64,000 nt of DNA from Schizochytrium sp. TIO01 (taxonomy: Eukaryota; Protista; Bigyra: Labyrinthulomycetes): positions 4,186,483 to 4,250,482 of the forward strand of contig SMSO01000032.1 of NCBI GenBank assembly GCA_004764695.1, read 5' to 3'. Of this stretch, positions 30,927-43,365 are shown piece after piece (positions within the stretch are counted from its first letter, which is position 1; each line of letters opens with the position of its first letter). The notes under the pieces are model-generated. The model did no database searches and was not told the origin of the DNA. It saw only the letters and a list, made by a program, of their open reading frames with translations. Both the position numbers and the translations under genes were made by a program.

Positions 30927-33900
30927 ATGGCATCGACAACGGCGCAGCTGGAGCGCGATTTGCTCGCGCTTGCTCAAGAGGCAGGCCGCTCCCTACCTGC
31001 TGTTCGCGAAGCTGCATCCATAGGCCTCCAACGCCTTCAGGGGAGTCGCGATGCATTTACTGCCATCGCCTCTGCTGCTGCCGCTGGTGAGCCAACTCGC
31101 GGTGGTCTCGAGGAGGTCATGCGACCATTTCTCCTTGCCTGCAACCATCGTACGGCTGCATCCAAGCTCGTAGTCGTTGCCTTGAGTTCGATGCAGCGTC
31201 TTTTACACGCCGACGCTCTTGGGCCCGATGAACGCCTCCATGTCATGCACGTGCTTCGTATCCAGGCTCGTCGCGAAGGCCGCGGCGCAAAGGAGATTCA
31301 GGTCAAGGTTCTTCAGACGTTGCCTCTTTTAGTCATTTCGAGAGCGCATCCCGTCCAAGAAGAGCTGCTGCTTGAAACAGTTGGACTCTGCTGCTCTATT
31401 TACGATCAAGATGCTGGTCTCGCCTCAGCTGCACTCACGCAGATATTGACAGGCGTCTTCGACCGTGTAGAACAAGCCTCGAAGGACCTCGATTCGCTTA
31501 CTGAGAATCAAAAATTAGTCTTGAAGCAGAACAGCGATTCTGCAATGCATCTACTCGAAGAGCTCACAACCATTATTGAGCGAGGTGCTTCGCCATCCTT
31601 AGCAACTTACGGATCTTCTGCGCAACAGGATTATAACCTCGGCAGTGCCAACAATAATGTTAATTTTCAGGAACAGCAGAGCTTTGGAGCTCCGAGCGCG
31701 ATTAGGAAAATGCCACGAAGCTTAGCGCTTGAACTTCTCGAGACAATTCTGTCTAACCATGCTTCGCTGTTTCTTCTTGAGAAAGGCGACGCAATGAGGT
31801 TTGCGGACTTTGTGCGAACAAGGATATGTCCGGTACTAGAACGCGCCTTTGGAGGGCGTTGCGACTGGCAGCTCATGGTCCGGATGCTAAGAACAGTCGT
31901 TGTGTTGCTGTGTGAGCTGCGGAAGATTATTCCGGCAGATGCAGTTAAGTCATTGTTCAGGATACTTCTTAACATGCTCGATGATGATAATAATAGCAGC
32001 AATGGCCACAGTGATGCCGGGGCTACCTCGGCCAAACCAAGGTTTGTAACACCGCTATGGCATCGTGTACTCACGCTTGAGACGCTTAATATTTTACTTT
32101 CACGCCAGGACCTCCTTGGGGAGTTGCAGCAAATCATGATGCCACCAGGAAATGCTGCAAATATTCTTGCAGTGCAACAGCAGAACGTTCACAAGGCAGG
32201 TGCAAACGTGAGTGCCTTTACGGCGGCTGCACTTTCACAGTCCGAAAAGTTGGAGAACGATAGGGCCAAGCCGCAACGATCAATATTCATATGCGTTGTA
32301 GATACGCTGTGTAAACTTGTTAGCGTTGTTGTGCAAGATCCCAACGTTGCGGAGGGTATAGATGCAATTGCAGCTCGCCCTACAAAGGGCCTTGACCTGT
32401 TGAGTGAGGAGGCCCCACCAAACAATCTCAGTGTATCGCTTGTCACGCTACTTGCTGCTGAATGTCTTGCATCTATCGCAGATGGCATGGCGCTCTCGAA
32501 CTGTATTTTGGGGGCAGGCGGTGGCGACTCCCGACACAACTCACCTGTTGTACAGATCGGCAAAGTGAACTCTCGAAGAAGCGACAACGCAGGCTCACCA
32601 CCTTTGCTTGCGAAAAAATCATCTTCCTTATTCATTGCAGGTGAAGGCGCGTCTGGCGACGAAGACCAAGAACAATCGGAGACACTCTCGACATTAATTA
32701 AGAATGCACCCGAATCAATGCCAATTATTAGCAGTGGCATTATCAATGGGTCAAGCACAGAGTGCACGGATGAAGTACGTAAGCAAGTGCGCGAAGATGC
32801 GATGCGTCGAGAGACAGTGCGGGAGATGATGATCATCTGCTGGGAACCTATGCTCAAGGCTCTTGCTCTACTATTGCGGAGTTGCAACAATGAGAATGTT
32901 GTGCAGTTCATCCTCAAAGCCTACATGTCTATGACCAACACCTGCGGAATCGTTGACCTTGTGGCAGCTCGCAACGCCTTCATTATGTCTTTGTGTAATT
33001 TTTCTCTCCCCAACTGGCACTCATCGGCGGCTATCATTCCGCAGCAATTAAGTGCCCCTCGAAGGAGTGGGAGCGAACTTGAACCAAAACACCTGCAGGC
33101 TCTTAAAGCTCTCTTCAACATCGCTCACGGTCTTGGGTCTATTCTCGGAAATGCCTGGCACATCGTTTTGGAAACTTTTGAACAGCTTGACCACATTATG
33201 TTTTGCGTCGCAATTGAAAAGAAATTGACCACTTCAGGCACAGTTCATGTCACTGGTATGGGACCGAACGCGTCTGACGGTCGTGGCGTGGGGCCACGAT
33301 CGACAACACCTTCAAATGAGTCCGAATGGCACCTCGTTGACGATGAGATGGCTATCGTAGAGTCAATGCTTCGCTTCTTATTTAACTCCACAAAGTACCT
33401 TGACGAGGATGCACTTGTGCATATACAAACTGCTCTAACGCAACTCAGTTTTACCGTTCTTGCTCACACTGAGACTATGCGAACTACTGGTGTTTCAGCT
33501 AGCCCAATCCGTCCCAGTGCTGGTCGTGTAACCACGACCACTGAGAGCGAGGGGTGGATTTCTTCCACTGTTATGAACCTCACAAGCTCTATTGCTGATG
33601 CTGCTTCTGCTACGCTAACATCTGCCACATACCATGGGGATGCTCATCCCGATGACTTTGAGGAGGATGCTGATGATATGCCAGACCTTGGTATCAATCT
33701 TACTTTGGAGCAGCAGAATTTGCAAGCCAACCAAGACCCCTCGTCCTCCACTTCCTCTTCATCTCAATCACATGGCGTCTCCTTTAAAAGCTTACAAAAA
33801 CGTCTCAGCTCGCGCACAACCTCAAACGGAAGTAATGGCGCAAATGCCGATCTGAGCGCTAGCCCTATGCGCCAACACACCCGGCAGATATCTCGCTCCA

Positions 33901-36900
33901 GTACACCTCCTTCAGCAGGACATCATCAGTCAGCAGATAATAATAATACAGTGGGTTACCACACTAGCAGCATCACCAGCAGCAGCAGCAGTAGCTCTAG
34001 CAGTAGTAGCAGTGCTACTAACCCTGAAACAGGTGTCTTTGACGGGGTGATCGCTCGTGCCACCTACCGTAACCCGCCATTCGCGATTGAAAAACTCGTT
34101 GAAACGACCAAACTTAATATGTTTCGAATTGGTCTGCTATGGGAAATGACACAAAATGTGCTCTCTACAGTTTCAAGTAAGAGCGACCCCAAGCTACGCC
34201 TCTATGGCGTCCATGCTATGGAAGATTTGGTCACAAGTGCACTACTGTTTGATGATGGAAATACTGACGGAGATGAGACCACAAGCGTTGCCTCTGTCAC
34301 TAATCCAAAGGGAGGGAGTTCTTTGAAACATGTTCAGCGTATTCCCTCCCGCCATGATTCATCAGATTTGCTCGCGCCAGTTGTTCCGGAGCCTCCTGCA
34401 CAGGGAATGCGCAGCATAAATAACCTTTCGGGGGAGACATCAGTGCCATGCCCTGTCAAAAGTATTGGTCGCAAGGGCAGCAATGGAGCCCTTTCTAACT
34501 CGCATCATAGTTACCCGCCACCTAGTAGTTTACAGGTGGAACTCATTGAAGGATTCTGTCATTTGCTCAAGTCACACCATGCTGATGCCCGAGAAGCTAC
34601 GATTCAGGCCATGGGCCGGATTATTGGAACTTGTGGCCATGTTCTGGACCAAGGATGGAAAACACTTATTGTCGAGCTTAGCCGTGTCACTGGCACTGTT
34701 CAAGCCAAGGACCGTGAAGAAAGTTTTTCCGTTCCCGAATACAAGCCTAATGATGTTGAGCGCCTGGTTCCTTTGGCATTTAAGGCTGTGCAGCTCATTG
34801 TTGACGATTTTCTGCCGAACCTGTCTCTTGCACACAAGAAGGAGCTTGCGCTGTGTATTTGTGCGTTCGGCAAACAAGAGCCGCATGTAAACATTAGTCT
34901 TACGTCAATTACGATGCTATGGACTATGTGCGACCACGTGCAGCGATCTTGCCCAGAATTTTCACCACAAATGAGTGAAGAAGATGTGAACGAGGTCATT
35001 TCTTGTAATACCCTTTTGCTCTTTTGCATGGAACAGCTTTCAGTTCTTGGACTAGACCAGCGTCCCGAGGTGCGTAATTGTGCAGTTCGCACCCTGTGTT
35101 CTATCATTGTGGCCTGCTCACCGAAGCTGACAATGGATTCCTGGCAGACATGTTCATTAGGCATCGTGTTTCCTCTCTTGAATGAAATTATTATGCGTGG
35201 ATCTACAGCGTCGTCAGATCAAGTTCATGGCGAAATCCTAAGCCGCCTCGGCAATAAACGTGCACAAGTGCATCACTCCCTTGATACTCTCGAGAAGCAA
35301 TGGAGAGAGACTATTGTGACCGCTATTCAGGGTGCTGCACGCGTTGTACGCGCATGTGTGCAATATTCTGGAGGCACAACTTGGGTAATGAAAAGCTGGG
35401 AGATTATGCTACGCACAATTCGCTCGGTGATGGAAACTCATCCGCCTAGCAAAGTGAGTTTAGCATGCGCAAGGTCATTGCAAGAGCTTGGTGCCCTGGT
35501 GACAGGTAGCTCCAAGGCTCGCTATGCTGCGGTCGGCATGCAGGTAATTAATGGCGCTCTTGTACGCATCGAGTCGCCGCCTTTGGCACCGGGATCATCA
35601 CTATCAAAGCCGTTGTCAGGCAACGGGGCTTCGTCGTCTGGATCCCTCGTTTTACCAGAGGGTACACCCGTCCTAGAGCTCTGGACATTTGTTTGGAATG
35701 TTTATGAAGACATCACTGCTCCCTTAGAAATCATGGAGGAGGTTGGCACCGATGAGACCAACACAGCAGGGAAGAAGGAAGGCTTAACCGGCATTGGCTC
35801 TCAGGAGGTCGCTAAGGAGCTTGTCTCGGGAATTGGTGATTTATATTCCAATAACACAGCCTCTGACATGTTGCGGACTCGTGAGGTAGTCTCTGCAGCC
35901 CTGCGATTGGTAGCGCGTTTGCTTGACACGTTCCCTGCCAAGTCAAAGCACTTGAGCCCTTTAGAGCGTGCTGTGCTTCAGTTTATGGAGACTCTTCCAC
36001 CTCTTCAAGATTCTCTCTGGCCTATCGTATTTAACGTTCTCCGCTCTTTCATGCGCGGAGATGAAAGCGGCCATGGATACTCTTCTGGTTTTGCAGAGAA
36101 GAGCAAGGACCTTTTCATTGTTCTTTTCGAGCGACATGCGCCATCCCCTGCACGAGCGCTCGTATTTGAAGAGACTGTTGCAGAAGTTTTGGCCTTGGCA
36201 ACTGGGGAAGATCAGGAGCTCGTAGAACAGACTGCCTCATCATCAACTTGGGAGCTTGCCTCCTTGGAGCCGATTGTGAAGTATGGTCTTCGTGCTCTTT
36301 CCACCAGCACCTGGCTCTCTTCGCGCATCGAAGATGTGTGGATGAATTTGTTAGATATGCTTCACGTCCTTCTCTTAGAACCGACATCACACCAGGTCGA
36401 TGAAAGATTGCGCGTATCACAGCAAGACGCAATGGTTCTTCTTGACGGGGTAATGGAGGAAGCTCGTCCCTTGGTTGTAGCCTCATGCGTTCCCACTGTT
36501 GTTCAGGCGCGTCTTTTTGACCTCCTCCGGACTGGATGTACGCTTCAAGGGGACTCCGTTGTCGAAACCGAGGAGGGCCAAGAGGGCTCGGCGGGAGGCG
36601 CCACGCGTGCCGAGTCGTTGCTTGTAGGCCGCGCATGCCTTGATCACTTGCTAACGTTACTGTCTTACTCAACTTCAGGATCATCTGAGCTTTCACAGCA
36701 AATCCTCACGACGGTACTGCATGGCGTGGAGCAGGTTGTGCTTGCATACTTTGAGGCATGGGGTAAAGTGCCACAAGAAGAGCAGAATCGTATTGAAAGT
36801 GATGCTGTAACAATGCTTCGGAAGCTGCGAGACGTGGAGATTCGTGAGGTACCTACCTTGTATTTGGAGCGTTTCGATCGTGGGACACTGCAACGCTGCG

Positions 36901-37037
36901 GTACCAAGGCCCATTTGCTCCTGCTATGGCCGATCTTGAACCGTTTTGTACTTGTGGACAATCTAGAAATTAGGACAGCTTTGTATGAGATCATGGAGAT
37001 TGTGGGCAATCTCATTGTTTCTGATCGATACGCGTAG
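30927..37037 (+). CDS. MON2: MON2 homolog (Arf-GEF-like endosome/Golgi scaffold)
   Basis: LERDLLALAQEA..PAVREAA; PFLLACN..KLVVVALSSMQRL; EIQVKVLQTL; LWHRVLTLE; ARNAFIMSLC; NISLTSITMLW; DQRPEVRNCAVRTL. 2036-aa single-exon ORF. Confidence 0.92.
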   Translation: MASTTAQLERDLLALAQEAGRSLPAVREAASIGLQRLQGSRDAFTAIASAAAAGEPTRGGLEEVMRPFLLACNHRTAASKLVVVALSSMQRLLHADALGPDERLHVMHVLRIQARREGRGAKEIQVKVLQTLPLLVISRAHPVQEELLLETVGLCCSIYDQDAGLASAALTQILTGVFDRVEQASKDLDSLTENQKLVLKQNSDSAMHLLEELTTIIERGASPSLATYGSSAQQDYNLGSANNNVNFQEQQSFGAPSAIRKMPRSLALELLETILSNHASLFLLEKGDAMRFADFVRTRICPVLERAFGGRCDWQLMVRMLRTVVVLLCELRKIIPADAVKSLFRILLNMLDDDNNSSNGHSDAGATSAKPRFVTPLWHRVLTLETLNILLSRQDLLGELQQIMMPPGNAANILAVQQQNVHKAGANVSAFTAAALSQSEKLENDRAKPQRSIFICVVDTLCKLVSVVVQDPNVAEGIDAIAARPTKGLDLLSEEAPPNNLSVSLVTLLAAECLASIADGMALSNCILGAGGGDSRHNSPVVQIGKVNSRRSDNAGSPPLLAKKSSSLFIAGEGASGDEDQEQSETLSTLIKNAPESMPIISSGIINGSSTECTDEVRKQVREDAMRRETVREMMIICWEPMLKALALLLRSCNNENVVQFILKAYMSMTNTCGIVDLVAARNAFIMSLCNFSLPNWHSSAAIIPQQLSAPRRSGSELEPKHLQALKALFNIAHGLGSILGNAWHIVLETFEQLDHIMFCVAIEKKLTTSGTVHVTGMGPNASDGRGVGPRSTTPSNESEWHLVDDEMAIVESMLRFLFNSTKYLDEDALVHIQTALTQLSFTVLAHTETMRTTGVSASPIRPSAGRVTTTTESEGWISSTVMNLTSSIADAASATLTSATYHGDAHPDDFEEDADDMPDLGINLTLEQQNLQANQDPSSSTSSSSQSHGVSFKSLQKRLSSRTTSNGSNGANADLSASPMRQHTRQISRSSTPPSAGHHQSADNNNTVGYHTSSITSSSSSSSSSSSSATNPETGVFDGVIARATYRNPPFAIEKLVETTKLNMFRIGLLWEMTQNVLSTVSSKSDPKLRLYGVHAMEDLVTSALLFDDGNTDGDETTSVASVTNPKGGSSLKHVQRIPSRHDSSDLLAPVVPEPPAQGMRSINNLSGETSVPCPVKSIGRKGSNGALSNSHHSYPPPSSLQVELIEGFCHLLKSHHADAREATIQAMGRIIGTCGHVLDQGWKTLIVELSRVTGTVQAKDREESFSVPEYKPNDVERLVPLAFKAVQLIVDDFLPNLSLAHKKELALCICAFGKQEPHVNISLTSITMLWTMCDHVQRSCPEFSPQMSEEDVNEVISCNTLLLFCMEQLSVLGLDQRPEVRNCAVRTLCSIIVACSPKLTMDSWQTCSLGIVFPLLNEIIMRGSTASSDQVHGEILSRLGNKRAQVHHSLDTLEKQWRETIVTAIQGAARVVRACVQYSGGTTWVMKSWEIMLRTIRSVMETHPPSKVSLACARSLQELGALVTGSSKARYAAVGMQVINGALVRIESPPLAPGSSLSKPLSGNGASSSGSLVLPEGTPVLELWTFVWNVYEDITAPLEIMEEVGTDETNTAGKKEGLTGIGSQEVAKELVSGIGDLYSNNTASDMLRTREVVSAALRLVARLLDTFPAKSKHLSPLERAVLQFMETLPPLQDSLWPIVFNVLRSFMRGDESGHGYSSGFAEKSKDLFIVLFERHAPSPARALVFEETVAEVLALATGEDQELVEQTASSSTWELASLEPIVKYGLRALSTSTWLSSRIEDVWMNLLDMLHVLLLEPTSHQVDERLRVSQQDAMVLLDGVMEEARPLVVASCVPTVVQARLFDLLRTGCTLQGDSVVETEEGQEGSAGGATRAESLLVGRACLDHLLTLLSYSTSGSSELSQQILTTVLHGVEQVVLAYFEAWGKVPQEEQNRIESDAVTMLRKLRDVEIREVPTLYLERFDRGTLQRCGTKAHLLLLWPILNRFVLVDNLEIRTALYEIMEIVGNLIVSDRYA

Positions 37038-37923
37038 ACTAGCATAAATTTATACTCCTTTTTATCACTGCTTTATCACCTGTGTTTGTACAGATACCTT
37101 TTGTCGCTCTTGTTCTTGCTCTTTCTGAATGTTTCTGTCCTTACATAATCGAATATTTGGTTTATTATGCTTATTATATTTTGTGTTTTAGAGTGAAAAG
37201 ACTTTCGATATATAGTTGTTTCGTTTTTATCTTGAATAAAATAAAAAATCAGACAAATGGCGTTTGAACGCGAGGCTACTCCCTAAAGAAAATACGTTAA
37301 AAATCGAATTTCAGTGCATAAAACAAGATGTAATGATGCTTTTCTTTGGACAGGCGGTTCCGTATTGATCAACGCATAATTACAATATGAAGGGAAGCAA
37401 CACAAATGCGTTTTTTTAAAGGGATTAAACTAGGAAATATCGTGCAGCTTGAACTAGGGTAAAATAAAGGGTGGCGATCCGTTTATGTTGACCCGATCAA
37501 AGGTCATCCAGGTGCGCTCTTTCACAAAAGCCAAATAGAGACCATGGCTTAATTTGGAATAATCACTGACAAGCTACAACTTATGCCCAGAATTATGTAA
37601 GAGAGATTGGTAGATTTATAACACAGCGGAATACGAAGGGAAATATAGCGCTAAACAGGCTTAAGCGATGTCAAAAACAAGAGCAAAGGTATGAAGCAGA
37701 AATGTAGACAGCAAAAATGCAAGACAAGAGGATGAGGGCTTAAGACGAACTTTCTCCCTTCTCAATTTCAGCCACATAAGAACCCACTAACTTCATGCCA
37801 TTAAGTCCATCTTTGTCAAGTCGAAAAGATCCTTGACAATATTGAGAGGGTTAGAACTTGGAGGTGGTTAGCTTTGAAACAGAATATACAGTGCTTACCT
37901 CCATCATAGTTCTAGCGAGAGTC

Positions 37924-38577
37924 TCATGCTGCGTTGATAAGGTCCCACAATTGATTAGCAATCTGGAATTGAGATTTGTTCCTCTCATCGATCTCAAAGT
38001 TCCTGACATAGCCTTCTTCGGCATCCACCACACTGCCAGCAAAGATACCCTTTTTCTGGGCATCTGGAGCAAAGTCCCACTTAATCTTGGAAATGCTTGC
38101 ATACAAGCTCAGCGAGTGTTTCATAAGAGGCATGGCTGCATCTTCTGAGTTTTTCGCAGCTTTGAGCGCATCTTCAGCAGCCTGCACTCGTTTTTCGAGC
38201 TCTGCGACCATCGCCATTGTTGTTTCCTCAGCTGTGCTAGCCTCGTCAAGCCTTTTTAGCAGTGCCATCCGCTCGCGTTCAAGGGCCTCGATTTCAGGGC
38301 TTGTCGGGGTCTGTGCTGCAAACGCTTCTGCGCGAGCACGGGCGGCAGAAGCTTCGTCTTCGCATGCAGAAACTGCTTCTGAGGCTTCAGTTTCTGTGTC
38401 CTTATACGTGTCGCGCACGCTCTTGGAGAGTTCTTGAGCCTGCGCTAGGGCCTCGAGCTCCTTCTGCTCACCAGCAAACGTTGCGACTTCGGCCAAGATG
38501 CTTCCCATCTCCCATGAAGATCCTTCGTCGCCGTCACCACCTCCACTGCTTCGCGCAAAGGCAAGAAGGTCTTCCAT
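37924..38577 (-). CDS. SPC24: Kinetochore Ndc80 complex subunit Spc24
   Basis: Coiled coil followed by LSLYASISKIKWD...FEID..SQFQIANQLWDLI (Spc24 RWD-like C-terminus). First ATG MEDLLA. Confidence 0.85.
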   Translation of the reverse strand: MEDLLAFARSSGGGDGDEGSSWEMGSILAEVATFAGEQKELEALAQAQELSKSVRDTYKDTETEASEAVSACEDEASAARARAEAFAAQTPTSPEIEALERERMALLKRLDEASTAEETTMAMVAELEKRVQAAEDALKAAKNSEDAAMPLMKHSLSLYASISKIKWDFAPDAQKKGIFAGSVVDAEEGYVRNFEIDERNKSQFQIANQLWDLINAA

Positions 38578-40669
38578 GATTGCGCTCCCAAGACGCCACC
38601 GAGATCGACAATGTCCCCAGCTAGTCGCAGGCACGCTCAAATTCAATAGAGAAACCCAGATACAGCCAACCTTGCGAGCTCCTCAGATCTCTTTGCTGCT
38701 GTGAAGGGCCACTTGCTTACTTTCTGAGTTGTCGAGGGGATTTGCGATGATTTTCTCGAGCGAAGTTGGAGCGGCCGTTGCACGCCTTAAGTGAAATTAT
38801 TCGAAAAGACAAACAGCATAAAAGACTTTTTCTTTCTCTTTTACCTTATTTTAGTAGTAACTGTATTGGTCGGTCGTTATTTATTCATAACGAAAAGAAT
38901 CACTATTTTAACTAAAAATTAAATAAGAAAATGTGGTTAAGGGTTATTACCTTAGTATAAACTCGTATTAATGCCTAGCAGAGATTCTTCGTCTTTGCGG
39001 AAAAGCAGAAGTCATTACCCATATGAAGTTGTGTTCAATTTGTATTTTTGATGTTCCGAGAGAAAGCTAAAATCAAAGTTCGCAGTGATATAAGCATTGT
39101 CGAGAGTACGCCATAGCCCTGACAGGGCGCCGCGCCAGCTCCAACACTCAAGTGACAGAGTTGAAAGCTCAATTGTCTGATGGTTATTTAGAGTAACTCG
39201 ATTCGTAACAGAGTTTATGTGCCCGTGACCACAGAAAGCAGCCTTCAGAATACGAGGCCAAGGACAGCGTACAGCCCGCTGAGGAGACGCCTACTCATCA
39301 GGACGAACAGCAGACAATGATAAGTGCCCGACTAGCTGCAGCAGTGGCGGTGCTCGGGGACCATCGATACGGTTGGGGAAAGAAGTACATAAGACCACTC
39401 GCAAGAACCTGTTTAACCTGACAGCGTACTGTAAAGTCAGGCTGTGCTGCTGGTATCGCTGACGAATACAACCACACTCTCCAGAGCTACTAGCGAAGCT
39501 TCCACATGAAGGAAACGACCTCGGAGGACCCGACATAACGTGCCTGGAACACGACTTCTTGGTGCTATCACGACTAATTTCATCTCTCTGTACGCCAGAA
39601 CTGACGCTCTTGTCTCCAACACTTACCGTTCACGTCAGTCCTCCCAACCAGCCCAAAGCAGCATCACCATTTGCAGAAGGTATAAAGCTCAGACCTTTCC
39701 ATCGTAGCTTCGCAAGCCATACCAAAACAAGGTGATGAATCCACTTCTTTCTCAGCTCGGCTGCAGGCGGCCTCATGGTCCAAGGCTGGACTGTTCTTCA
39801 ACAGTAGCAACCGCTAGCCCTTCTCCAGGCAAGCTAGCCAGCATCGTTCTCTTGCCTTCCTTGGTTGAAGGCGCCTCGGTCTGAGACGAAGTATGAATTG
39901 TTGAGAGCGAGCGCTCTCAAGATCCACTTCTGAGAGCAAAACAAAGCTCCTTAATAAGAGGCAAAGTGGTGGTAGTGTCTAATTAGGATAAACGGTAAGA
40001 TGGCACTTCTGAACTACACTCTAAAGTGATGATTGGTAGTGTGCATATATAGAGGCAATTCTAGCACTGGCGAAAGCCTCTGCTTAATTCAATCAATCAA
40101 TCAATCCATCTTTGTGAAAGGACATTCATTCATTTTCTCTACGTTGGCAGAAGCAAATCTGAATTGGACACGGCCCACAACAAGCGCCGAGCGTACCTGC
40201 GCAAGGTAGGGCGGGGCGGGAGGAGAAGGTCGCGATACAGCGAACGCCCCAGCGGCGTCGAAGAGGACGTTTGGCTCCGCTGCTGCTTTTGTGGCGCTCG
40301 CTTAAGCAGCGAACTGGAGTGAAGGTTGGTCAACAAGTTCAAGAGGAACGAGGCAATACCTCTCGAGGCGCGCGGGGCAGTATCTGTCTGTGTTGGCATC
40401 TTGTGAAGAGTACATACTGCAAAGGGCTGCTACGAGGAAGCTGTTGTTTTTCGTTTTCCGTTGAACAAAAATCCTCAGCAAGGTTTGTTCAAGGTGAAGA
40501 TAGACTTTATTCAGCTGTCCCTGTCCTGGTCAAATTTAATTCCAAGTGGTAGTAAATTTTCAACCAGGCCACCCTAATTATATTCAGCTATCGCTGTAGA
40601 CCCGAATCGAGATTCTGGAATATTTGGGGGCAGGATAGTGAAGAGAAGGAAACTTAAGCTTAAAGAAAG

Positions 40670-43251
40670 ATGAGCCTTGCGGATAGCCTTGAAGAACGTT
40701 TCGATCCGGAGTCTGACTCTGATTCGGACTCAGACTTAGATCTCGAGATAGACAAGTATAAGGGTAAGGTCTCAGCGAAGAGCGATGTTTCAAAAGAGGA
40801 TGTAGAAGCCAAGAAAGATGAGATTGTCAAACGTAACGAGTCTGTATCTCCAGTCGTTGAAGACAATTCGTCGACGGTTAAAACAAACGATATGTTTACA
40901 CATCCGATAGTGAAGCATACATCTATTGGAGACATATTCTGGGCGTATGGGTATATGGATCAAATACTATCCGGTGGCCGTGTTTTGTAATCCGCAATCG
41001 GTCCGTATTGTCTCAAACTGATTATGATTTCATGAAGAACTACAAGGGAGATGGCACTCATCTTATACTCTTTGCTGACCCGTACAAATCCTATTTCAAT
41101 ATGCTTCCTGAAAACAATGACTTCCTAGATCACCCGTTCGACCCTAATTCTGCGGAGCACGATCTTCTTGTCAACCAGTTCAAGAATTACTCCAAAACCC
41201 CGTCCAAATCAAAAAGAAGAAAGTCTTCAAAATCTAAACCACCATTGACTAAGAAGCTACGTGGCTTGGAACGCAGCTTTGAAGGTGCCCTGGAATTCGC
41301 TACTAAGGTTTTTGAGCTTGCACAAGAGAGAGCTCAACGCGAAGACGAAATGCTCAGCAGATTCAAGGAAAAGGAAAAGAAGGAGTTTGATGAAGCAATT
41401 AATGAGCGCAAGGTTGCAGCATCAAAGTTAGTCGAGGAGGTGACGAAAATCATTTCGTCTAGTGCAGTGCTTCAAGATGAGACTATAATGTCGATATCCC
41501 CAGGTGATACAATTCGTATCTTGCACATGTCGAACGTATATGTTTCGAACGTGACCAAGATTGAAACGATCGACAAAGCTGCACTTAGAATTCATTTTAG
41601 CACATTGGTGACTGGTATCGGACCGTACTACACTGTCAAGAACTCGTCACCTCAAAAGCAAAAACGAGCATCATCACGAAGATCTTCCCAAGATGAAGGA
41701 CTTACTAGAGACCTCATTGTCCAAAAGGTTCTTCCAATAGAAATGATACTCAAAATTGGTGAACAAGATCCTAGTGATCCTAGGAGTCCTATCGCCGCGA
41801 AGGGAGACTGCGCTCTTGCAGTTGAGTCTGGTGATCCCAATTCCTTGAAAACTGCATCAAGTAGCGAATTGGTTAATCAAATGACTAGCATTTCTGAATC
41901 TGACGTTAGAAATGATGCAGTGGGTGGTGCTGGCGTCGATGTTTCAAACACCGTGGAGAAACCATCCGGAGAGAAAGTCGTCCAGGTTGCTACTCCCATG
42001 GACACAGCAGACGGTGATGTCCCGGACTCTTTACCATATTCTGAAAATGCTGATATTGTTCCAAAAGATCAGGCCTCAATATCTGCTAATGAGAACCCAG
42101 ATGTGAATGAGGTTGGAGGTGCAGGTACACAAGAAACAATGGTTGTGAGCACTTCCGAACCGGAGAACCCTGAGTCCCTGCAGTGCACTACAAAAGGGCA
42201 GGATTCTCAACTTTCTCTTGCGACATCGAATGCAATGAACGCAGCTATCAAACCGATTCATAAGGAGAAAGCGGGAGAGGTTAGGAAAGAACCCAACTCT
42301 GATCAATCATCGCTAAACGAGGAGAAAGCAATGGAGGTCAAGGAAGATACCAGTTCTAATCAAGCTGAAGGTGACCAAACACATTCTGATGAGCGACCAG
42401 AAGAGGCGAAGGAAGATATTAGCTCTGATGATGCTGACAATACCAAGCCTCTTTTGGAGGATACAATCCAAGAGACCCAGGGAGAGAATAACGGTGATCA
42501 AGCTGACAAAGGCAAGCCGTTTTTGGAGGAGACAATCCAAAATGCCAAGGAAGAAACAAACTCCGACCAAGCCGGAGATGTTAAGCCGTTTTTGGAGGAG
42601 ACAGGCCAAGAAACAAGCTCCGACCAAGCCGGAGATGTTAAGCCGCTTTTGGATGGGACAGCAAAAGAAACCAAGGAGAAGGTTAGCAATGAGATTAGTT
42701 GTGATGGTCTAAACCCCAATGCAGAACTCAAGCCTGTTGAGGTTATATCTGCCTCTTCTGAGGCTCCATCAGTTTCAGCACCCCTTACACCAAAGAAGAA
42801 GCGGTTCATCTATGTCACACCATTCCTAAGTATCAAAAACTTCAGGCTAATTGAGGGAACAACCGCTAATGCAGAATCGCTCTCTGACAAAGCGAGAAAA
42901 GTTATCGATGCCGTGCAAAAGGATTTAGAAGAGTTTGCACCTGGACTGACTGATCACACTGTCTCTGATGAGATTAAGGCAATGTCTTGCTCTAGGAATA
43001 GGAAGATTGAGTCTACAGCAACGCCTCATACGCCTCGTAAGCCCCAAGCCCCTGCATCCCCCCCCCCTTCCTCAGGTGGCCAGCGAAAACGAAAGGCGGC
43101 CAATTTATCTGACCCACTAGAGTCAAGTTCAGGAAATTCAGATCGTACACCAAAGATCCACAAAGTGAATGATGGAGCTGTTCAACCGAGTGCGCGCAGG
43201 AGTTCCCGGAAGTCTCAAAAGCGCGTTTTTTATCATAATGAATCATACTAA
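40670..43251 (+). CDS. PWWP-domain-like chromatin protein with a long acidic tail; frame broken at about 40952
   Basis: ORF 40670 ends IGDIFWAYG and the 41008 frame continues YGSNTIRWPCFV..HLILFAD..FEGALEFA, together forming a PWWP-like domain. Degenerate DQAGDVKPFLEET repeats at about 42430-42660; basic C-terminal tail. Confidence 0.6.
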
Positions 43252-43365
43252 TAATTCTAAAGCATCTAAATAAGAACTTTATATTGTTCATGCTGATCAT
43301 AAGGTGTGCTATTAGAAGCTTTGGCATCATCGTACAAAGAGAATTAGGCAGGTTTTCTCAGATAG

